Shown here piece by piece: positions 9,999 through 16,769 of a stretch of 20,000 nt of DNA (position 1 is the first letter of the stretch; every line of letters starts with the position of its first letter). Source of the stretch: Balamuthia mandrillaris (taxonomy: Eukaryota); NCBI GenBank assembly GCA_031835245.2, contig JAVKOQ020000076.1, positions 178,889 through 198,888 on the forward strand, in the 5' to 3' direction. The position numbers and the translations under genes are program-made. Under the pieces are notes generated by a model that made no database searches, had not been told where the DNA came from, and saw nothing but the letters and a program-made list of their open reading frames with translations.

Positions 9999-10781
9999 TC
10001 AGAACAAGCCAAATACAGGCGAAGTGACTCTGGAGGTGGCACTGTCGGACCCAGCCTCCCACTCCAGCTCTTCCACATAGACCTTCAAAGCGGGCTCCAC
10101 CCCGGTTCCGCCGATGGCCGCGCCGGTGTAGCCATACACGTAAACAAAGGCCACCTTCTGCTCTCCTGGGCCTTGAATGGTCTCTTCCAAAACCATGTCG
10201 CTGCTGCCGCTGTCATCTTCCTGAGGCCCTCCGGTGTAAAGAGTGAAAGTGAACTCGCTGCCCTCCTCAGAGTACCCCAAACCAATCCTGTAGGTTCGTT
10301 GGCTCGAGTCGTCCAGCTCGACGGTGTCGGTGGAGTTGGTGATGTACAAGTAATTTTCGTAGTAAGGGGTGTCTCCGCCGTGAAGCTCCACGACCAGGCC
10401 ACCATATGGGGGAGGCTCATCCGCAGGCAAGGCCAATGCGCTCCAGCCCGTGTATTGGACGTGCTTTTCAGTGCTGTGATAGCCTTTGAAGACGAGCCAG
10501 CCGCGAGGCAGGTAGCCCTCAGGAAAGGCGTTGAGCTCCTTGCTCTTGCCCAGCTCGGTGACGTTCACGGTGAAGGAAGAGCATGGCACGGAGCCCACCA
10601 CGCGCTCGCCAAACGGAACCTCGGCCCACTCCTCCCCGTCGACGGTGAAGGTCAGGGAGTCATGGACGGTGGAGGTGAAGGCGTTGAACAGGGAGAGCTC
10701 GCAGTGCTCGTGCGCCGCGGTGAGGGACACCGCCAAGCAGAGGAAGGAAAGGAGGGCCAGTGCTGCAATGGAGCGATGCAT
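9999..10781 (-). CDS. Secreted/surface beta-sandwich protein, copy 1 (260 aa, intronless), possibly DUF4397/AlgF-like
   Basis: Start set at MHRSIAALALL (10781) by identity with copy 2. Signal peptide, beta-rich body (LSLFNAF..LTFTVDGEEWAEVPFGE), C-terminus SDSATSRVTSPVFGLF. The family assignment is pattern recognition only. Confidence 0.85.
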   Translation of the reverse strand: MHRSIAALALLSFLCLAVSLTAAHEHCELSLFNAFTSTVHDSLTFTVDGEEWAEVPFGERVVGSVPCSSFTVNVTELGKSKELNAFPEGYLPRGWLVFKGYHSTEKHVQYTGWSALALPADEPPPYGGLVVELHGGDTPYYENYLYITNSTDTVELDDSSQRTYRIGLGYSEEGSEFTFTLYTGGPQEDDSGSSDMVLEETIQGPGEQKVAFVYVYGYTGAAIGGTGVEPALKVYVEELEWEAGSDSATSRVTSPVFGLF

Positions 10782-11448
10782 TGTGTTGGGTTGCGCGTTG
10801 AAAAAACTGGAAGCAAAAAAAAGATAACAGTGGCTTGTTATGTTCTCATAAAGGTGCAATAAAGGGGTCTAATTTATTGATTTATTGAACAATTTATGCT
10901 ATGATTGGTTCAGATTCAATCCACTATAGAGGCAATCATTCGGTCGGCTATTCCTCGTGTGGATTCGCTTTTCCACCTCTTTCGTTCCAAACGCGCGCCT
11001 CGTACTGCAGGCCGCAGGAGCAGACAAAACCAAGCTTTCGCCGCCGCATAGCTGTTCTATTGCTTCAACCACCGATAATAAACGAAATGACTTGTCACCT
11101 GTCCGTTCTCTTCGCGCTTGTATAGCAACAAAATGCCGTCAGCTGTCCGCCTTCGGTTTTTTAGGTTTGTTTTGCCTGCACGCGACAATACATGTTGTTC
11201 GCCAAGCTGCTATACACCAACAAAAAACAAATGCAGGAGGCACATGAACGCACATAAGCACCTCGAGGGCGGCATTGTCTGTTGGGAACACCCAATCCAA
11301 TATGCCAGGGAACGCACCTCTTTATTGCAACTCTCTTGCAGTTTCCAGTGAAGTGCCTCCTCCTCGTTTCAAACCACTCGCAGCCAAAGAGACTAAAGAA
11401 AGACTGAAACAAAGTTTCTCTTGGAAAAAAACATGATACTGAGTTCGT

Positions 11449-12237
11449 TTAGAACAAGCTGAAAACAGGCGAAGTGACTCTGGAGGTGGCACTGTCGGAC
11501 CCAGCCTCCTCCCACTCCAGTTCTTCCACATAGACCTTCAAAGCGGGCTCCACCCCGGTTCCGCCGCCAGTGGCCGCGCCGGTGAAGCCGTACACGTAAA
11601 CAAAGGCCACCTTCTTTTCTCCTGGGCCTTGAATGGTCTCTTCCAAAAGTATCTTGCTACTGCCGCTGTCATCTTCCTGAGGAAGTCCGGTGTAAAGGGT
11701 GAACTCAAACTCGCTGCCCTCCTCAGAGTACCACAAACCGATCCTGTAGGTTCGTTGGCTCGAGTCGTCCAGCACGACGGTGTCGGTGGAGTTGGTGATG
11801 TACAAGTAATTTTCGTAGTAAGGGGTGTCTCCGCCGTGAAGCTCCACGACCAGGCCACCATATGGGGGAGGCTCATCCGCATCCAAGGCCGCTGGGCTCC
11901 AGCCCGTGTATAGATTCATCGGGTCAGTGGTCTCATAGCCTTTGAAGACGAGCCAGCCGCGAGGCAGGTAGCCCTCAGAGAAGAAGTAGAATTCCTTGCC
12001 CTTGCCCAGCTCGGTGACGTTCACGGTGAAGGGAGAACATGGCACGGACTTCACCACACGCTCGCCAAAAGGAACCTCGGCCCACTCCTCCCCGTCGACG
12101 GTGAAGGTCAGGGAGTCATGGACGGTGGAGGTGAAGGCGTTGAACAGGGAGAGCTCGCAGTGCTCGTGCGCCGCGGTGAGGGACACCGCCAAGCAGAGGA
12201 AAGAAAGGAGGGCCAGTGCTGCAATGGAGCGATGCAT
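11449..12237 (-). CDS. Secreted/surface beta-sandwich protein, copy 2 (262 aa, intronless)
   Basis: Intact ORF and near-identical paralog of 9999-10781; indels between the copies are whole codons. Confidence 0.88.
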   Translation of the reverse strand: MHRSIAALALLSFLCLAVSLTAAHEHCELSLFNAFTSTVHDSLTFTVDGEEWAEVPFGERVVKSVPCSPFTVNVTELGKGKEFYFFSEGYLPRGWLVFKGYETTDPMNLYTGWSPAALDADEPPPYGGLVVELHGGDTPYYENYLYITNSTDTVVLDDSSQRTYRIGLWYSEEGSEFEFTLYTGLPQEDDSGSSKILLEETIQGPGEKKVAFVYVYGFTGAATGGGTGVEPALKVYVEELEWEEAGSDSATSRVTSPVFSLF

Positions 12238-12598
12238 TGTGTATTGTGGAAAAAACAGGAAGCTAAAAAGATAAGCGTCAGTTATAAAAGATGTTATCTA
12301 TTTCGCATTTATTTGCAATAAAGGGATGCTATTCACTTTTTGCTCACTGCGTGATTGGACATTGCTTCCATCTTTGATGAGGTCATTTCCGTTTGGCTCT
12401 ATTCGTCGAAGCAGAGTAGCGCCTGGCAACAACCAAGTTATCTGCAAGAGCGCTTCCTGTGGCATCGCCTTTATTTTTGGGAACCAAGGCCAACGCAGAT
12501 CCGCGAAATGGATGACGACTATATATATATATACACCTTGGTGAATTATGCAACAAAAAAAAAAGTCAAAAAAAACAAGATAATTAATTATACCTCAT

Positions 12599-12602
12599 AA
12601 AA
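12599..12602 (-). terminator. Probable RNA polymerase III terminator (TTTT) of tRNA-Asp
   Basis: Four T on the minus strand about 10 nt downstream of the tRNA 3' end. Confidence 0.55.
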
Positions 12603-12611
12603 GTAACAGAA

Positions 12612-12683
12612 CTCCCCCGCCGGGAATCGAACCCGGGTTGTCCGCGTGACAGGCGGAAGTGCTGCCGACTACACCACAGGGGA
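12612..12683 (-). tRNA. trnD-GUC: tRNA-Asp (anticodon GTC), 72 nt, intronless, CCA not encoded
   Basis: TCCCCTG TG GTGT AGTCGGCA GCAC T TCCGC CT-GTC-AC GCGGA CAAC CCGGG TTCGATT CCCGG CGGGGGA G. All four stems pair, with B-box GGTTCGATTCC, discriminator G73 and C38. Confidence 0.97.
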
Positions 12684-12749
12684 AGTTGTTGGAAATGCAC
12701 CCCTTCAATATCATGAGGTGAGGTGAGGACTGAGCTCCTCAACGTGGTT

Positions 12750-14085
12750 ATGCTGCTCTGCGGGAGGCTCTTTGCCATCACGGGCGAGATTGAGAGATGG
12801 AGCTGGGCCCGGGCGCGGCGGGTGGTGCGTATTTCCTCTGTTTGTGCGCACCTCTTTCCTTCTTGCTCTCTCTCTCTCTCTCTCTTTGTCTGTTTCTCTC
12901 TCTCTATGTTCATGACGCAGCTGAACATGCGTTGTGTGTTGTCGCGTTCGGAAGAGGACGAACAGGAGGTGCTGTACACCTGCAGAAAGTGTGGCACCCT
13001 TATATGCAGGGGCGATCAAATCACCCCGCACGCTCCCGGCAAAGGCCAAGACTCTTTCTCTTACAAGAAACGAAAGTAAGTCCGTTGTTTTGCAACAACG
13101 CATGAACGATGTGGCAGCTAACAACAACACGCGCTGACGAAAAACAAACCATAAAGCGCTGGCCAAACTTCTTTTGACTGCACTTCGCTGTTTGTGGAGG
13201 AGTATGGACGGCCTTCTTGGATGGGGACGACGCTTCCGATGGAGGAAGTGGAAGGGAAGATCACCTGTCCCAAGTGCAAGGGGCGAGTTGGTTCTTATAA
13301 TTGGAGTGGCGCGCAGTGTTCTTGCGGGTGCTTCCCTATTCCTTTTCTTCTTCTTGTTTTTGTTCTTGTTCTTGTTCTTCTTCTTATTCTTGTTCTTCTT
13401 TTTTCTTCTTCTTCTTCTCCTCCTCCTCCTCTCCTTCTTCTTTTCTTCTTCTTCTTCTTCTTCTTCTTGTTCTTCTTCTTCTTGTTCTTCTTGTTCTTCT
13501 TCTTCTTGTTCTCCTTCTTCTCTTCTTGTTCTTCTTCTTCTTCTTCTTGTTCTTGTTCTTCTCTTCTTCTTCTTCTTCTTCTTGTTCTTGTTCTTCTCTT
13601 CTTCTTCTTCTTCTTCTTGTTCTTGTTCTTCTCTTCTTCTTCTTCTTCTTGTTCTTGTTCTTCTCTTCTTGTTCTTGTTCTTCTCTTCTTGTTCTTGTTC
13701 TTCTCTTCTTCTTCTTCTTCTTGTTCTTGTTCTTCTCTTCTTGTTCTTGTTGTTCTTCTTCTTCTTCTTGTTCTTCTTCTTCTTCTTGTTCTTCTTCTTC
13801 TTGTTCTTGTTCTTCTCTTCTTCTTCTTCTTCTTGTCTTTTCTTTTCTTGTTCTTCTCTTCTTCTTCTTCTTCTTCTTCTTCTGCTTCTTGTTCTTCTTC
13901 TTCTTGTTCCTGTTCTTCTTGTTGTTGTTGTTGTTGTTGTTCTTGTTCTTCTTCTTCTTGTTGTTCTCCCACTCTTTCCAAACAAACAACCTTAAAGGTA
14001 TTGGACAACACCATCCATTCAAGTCCTGAAAAGCCGAGTAGACGAGAAGCACAGACCAAGAGGCACCACCACCAGCACCAGCTGA
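12750..14085 (+). CDS. Stand-alone Yvh1/DUSP12 C-terminal zinc-binding domain protein (no phosphatase domain; similar in architecture to plant At4g18593)
   Basis: Exons 12750-12824 (start uncertain, alternative ATG at 12927), 12921-13075, 13157-13327, 13998-14085. Spliced protein: YTCRKCGTLI..PHAPGKGQDSF..CTSLFVE..PSWM..EGKITCPKCKGRVGSYNWSGAQCSCGYWTTPSIQVLKSRVD, matching the Yvh1/DUSP12 zinc-domain signature. Confidence 0.88.
13342..13966. repeat. (TTC)n/(TTG)n trinucleotide repeat filling the 670-nt intron 13328-13997
   Basis: Repeat is directly visible. Removing GTGCTT...TAAAG restores QCSCG-YWTTP. Confidence 0.95.
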
Positions 14086-14220
14086 CCTCGCAAAAACAAA
14101 AGAAAAAACAAAAGGAAGAAAAGAATGGCCCAACTTGGTTTCTTCTTCTGTAAATACCTTTCTTCTCTTCTATTTGTGTGTCCGTGCGAGTTGGAGAAAG
14201 AAAGAAGAAATGTTGCTCGT

Positions 14221-14595
14221 CTATTTGAAGACACTGCACTGAGGATCCCAAGGAGGGGTGCACACGGCCAGGAAAACGAGGTCCTGGTCCTCCTTCGGGT
14301 TCCAGATCTGGTGCCATGTGTGCGTCTGAATACCGATCGCATCTCCCGCCTCCAACAGATGCACCGTCTCCTCCTTCTGCCCCTCTTTGCTGCTCTCCTC
14401 CCCTTCCACGAAGGGGCTGGTGACCACCTTGGCGTGCCCTTCGAGGATGTAGTAGCTCTCCTCGGCGACGGGGTGGTAGTGAGGGGCGGAGGACTTGCCG
14501 GGAGGCAGTCGGATCCTGGCCAAGCTGTGCTGCTTGGTCCCGCCGACCTCGTTGCCGAAAATCTCGTGAATGACCGGCCTCTTTCTCCTTTGCAT
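14221..14595 (-). CDS. Cupin (Cupin_2-type) metal-binding protein, 124 aa, intronless
   Basis: HSLARIRLPPGKSSAPHYHPVAEESYYILEG (motif 1, HxH...E) and LEAGDAIGIQTHTWHQIWN..DLVFLAVCTPPW (motif 2 His). Confidence 0.9.
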   Translation of the reverse strand: MQRRKRPVIHEIFGNEVGGTKQHSLARIRLPPGKSSAPHYHPVAEESYYILEGHAKVVTSPFVEGEESSKEGQKEETVHLLEAGDAIGIQTHTWHQIWNPKEDQDLVFLAVCTPPWDPQCSVFK

Positions 14596-14675
14596 TTCCT
14601 ATAAACTTCTAGTTTTATCAACTTTTCAATTCCTATAGTGGCGGTAACGCAAAAAGAAGAAAGAAAGAAAGAAAA

Positions 14676-15853
14676 ATGGAGGACATGCCGGAAGAGCTGG
14701 TGGCTTTTGTGCTGGCTTTGCTGCCGAAAGAAATGGTGGCGGTGGCCGCAAGGACCTGCCCCCAGTGGTTCCGCTGCTGCCCCGCCCGCCTCCGCAACCG
14801 CCTCTCCATCCGGGCGGTGTGCAGCCGAGTGGAGCTGCTGCGGTGGGCTCTGCGCAACGGCTACTCCTGGGGTACGGAGGCCTGCGCAGCAGCGGCCGCA
14901 CAGGGCCAGTTGGAAGTCCTTCAATGGGCTCGCGAGCAAGGCTGTCCTTGGGACCGCAGCACGCCCTCGGAGGCGGCCAAAGGAGGGCAGGTGGCGGTTA
15001 TGCGGTGGGCCATCGAGGAGGGCTGCGACTGGGACCAGCGAGACACGAGCACCACGCTGGCAAGCAAAGGCCACCTGGAAGCTTTGAAGTGGGTGACCCA
15101 AAGGGCTGACTGCGGCCTCACCACGAACGTCATCAACGTTGCTGCGCTCAACGGCCATCTCCACGTGGTGCAGTGGGCACGGTTGGAGCAAGGGTGCGGT
15201 TGGTCTGCCAATGCTTGCTCCCTTGCAGCAGAGAACGGCCATCTCCACGTGCTCCAGTGGCTACGGCAACACGGCTGCAACTGGGGGGAGTGGACCTGCC
15301 ACCGCGCTGCGTTCAACGGCCATTTGGAGGTGCTGCGATGGGCACGCCAGCACTTTTGCCTCTGGGGCGAGTGGACCTGCGCCTCTGCTGCCGAGAACGG
15401 CCACCTGGCTGTGCTGCAATGGGCGAGGGAGAACGGCTGCCCTTGGGACGAAAACACCTGCGCGAGAGCGGCGAAGAACGGCCACTTGGAGGTGCTGCAA
15501 TGGGCCAGGGAGAACGGCTGCCCTTGGGACGAGGGGACCTGTGCCTTTGCCGCCAGCAACGGCCACTTGGAGTGTTGCAGTGGGCAAAGGAGAGAAATCC
15601 CAGGTGCCCTTGGGATGAAGGGACGTGCAACGCAGCGGCAAGGCACGGGCATCTGGAAGTGCTGCAATGGGCGAGCGAGAGCGGGTGCCCTTGGAACGAG
15701 GGGACTTGCGCCATTGCAGCCAAGTCAGGCCACCTGGCGGTGTTGAAGTGGTTGAGGGAGCACGGGTGTCCTTGGAATGACTCAACATTGAGAGCATTGG
15801 CAGCTCAGAGCGGAGACGTGGAGTTGCGCCAATGGGTTGAGGGCAATCTATAA
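14676..15853 (+). pseudogene. F-box-like + 27-aa GCPW-type ankyrin-repeat gene with a single-base frameshift at about 15572 (pseudogene or assembly error); 392 aa if restored
   Basis: N-terminus MEDMPEELVAFVLALLP...AARTCPQW, then about 12 repeats of NGHLEVLQWARENGCPWDExTCAxAA. At 15561 the sequence reads GGC CAC TTG GAG TG TTG CAG TGG, whereas the previous repeat has GGC CAC TTG GAG GTG CTG CAA TGG. Repeats continue in the shifted frame to TAA at 15853. Confidence 0.85.
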
Positions 15854-16171
15854 GCGACCTCTCCAAAATGTTGGTGGCCAAAGCTCTGCTCTTTAACAAC
15901 GTGTTCATTGCTGTCCCTTCTTCGAAGGCATCCGCTGCAGCCCGGTGTTTTGCCTGGTATCATTCGAAGCAACAACAAGGCAAAGAAGAATTGGCGGTGG
16001 GGCTTTCAGAAGGTTGGGAGCCGACACGCTTGGTCTCTGCAGCGAGAGAGAGGAGAAGGGGATAGAGTTTGAAGAAATAGATTCTTTATTTATTTTTTTT
16101 GTGGAGAACGAAGAGAGCAGAGGGAGAAGCGGAGAGACGAACAGACTGCAAAACACAGAACGAGAGAATAG

Positions 16172-16174
<3 letters not shown>

Positions 16175-16216
<42 letters not shown>
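16175..16216. repeat. (GA)n microsatellite not inside any assigned gene
   Basis: Perfect GA tract. Confidence 0.95.
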
Positions 16217-16222
<6 letters not shown>

Positions 16223-16419
16223 GTTTTGTGCCTTTGTTGGATTGCAACCACACCAATGAGGAGTGAGCCAGCAATGAAACAAAAGGCCGCTAAGCGCTTT
16301 AATCTTCCTGACCAAACTGGGAGAGCAAACATATTTTCACAACTCCGTGTGGAGAGCGTTATTTTGCTTTTGCTTCCATAGCAGTCAGGCTCTATATATT
16401 TGTGCAAAAAAAAAAACAA

Positions 16420-16468
16420 CAACACTCAAACACTGAAAAAAAAAACAACACTCAAACACTGAAAAAAA
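16420..16468. repeat. Short tandem duplication, 26-bp period (CAACACTCAAACACTG + A run)
   Basis: Copies start at 16420 and 16446. Confidence 0.9.
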
Positions 16469-16644
16469 CAAAAACGCTCTCCTGTTGATATAAACGCAAG
16501 TGCTGTTTTTATTGTGTGTGTATGACCTTGTGGCGGTGAAACCAAAGGAGGTGTGCGTCGTGTGTCTTCCTTCGCTTTTATTTTCTTTTGCGCAATAAAT
16601 TTATATTTTGTGTGGCGAAGAAATGGACCCTCAAACAACAAATC

Positions 16645-16695
16645 CATGACGTCATGTAGGATTCATGTGAACGAAATTTAATGCGAGTGACGTGG
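16645..16695. promoter_or_regulatory. bZIP-type sites upstream of the F-box/TM gene: palindrome CATGACGTCATG and TGACGTGG
   Basis: A 12-bp perfect palindrome at 16645-16656 containing a CRE, and TGACGTGG at 16688-16695, about 75-125 bp upstream of the ATG at 16770. Function is inferred. Confidence 0.45.
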
Positions 16696-16769
16696 CAAGA
16701 TTAGATCAACAAAATCGGAACACCAATGAACAATCAAACAACCACGAACAAACCAAGGCAAGGGAAGAG

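Larger units (their letters stand above)
9847..12290. repeat. Tandem duplication, unit about 1.45 kb (gene plus diverged flanks)
   Basis: CDS 9999-10781 matches 11449-12237. The 3' flanks 9847-9975 and 11257-11405 share e.g. ATTGTCTGTTGGGAAC and TTCCAGTGAAGTGCCTCCTCCTC, and the 5' flanks share weaker similarity. Confidence 0.95.

Noticed and set aside
10782..10859. 26-aa N-terminal extension of copy 1 in the ORF track
   Set aside because: It starts at a non-ATG codon, is absent from copy 2 and would bury the signal peptide.
10173..10862. 229-aa plus-strand ORF, with similar ORFs over copy 2
   Set aside because: Antisense shadow of a GC-rich gene; it is broken into pieces in the paralog while the minus frame is conserved.
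9847..12690. tRNA-targeted retrotransposon or LTR element
   Set aside because: No reverse transcriptase, integrase, gag, terminal repeats or target-site duplication; the repeat is a tandem gene duplication.
12711..14317. Several 240-424 aa ORFs on both strands
   Set aside because: Products of the TTC/TTG repeat intron; no protein-like content beyond the zinc-domain exons.
15555..15590. Programmed ribosomal frameshift in the ankyrin gene
   Set aside because: No X XXY YYZ slippery heptamer at the shift; comparison with the neighbouring repeat shows a simple 1-bp deletion.
15230..15780. Roughly 81-bp periodic repeats resembling a CRISPR or other spacer array
   Set aside because: They are degenerate codon-level ankyrin repeats with no invariant repeat/unique spacer structure, in eukaryotic DNA with no cas genes.
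14019..15908. Long minus-strand ORFs (409, 248 and 215 aa) overlapping the ankyrin gene
   Set aside because: Antisense or alternative-frame shadows of GC-rich repeats; no recognisable domain.
15959..16647. A three-exon minus-strand protein model (MDLLFEGP...EPDCYGSK...ETKRVGSQ...CCCFE)
   Set aside because: It can be joined in frame, but the donors are weak, the ATG lies inside the CRE palindrome upstream of the putative TATA, and the product is not recognisable. Kept only as a possible transcript.
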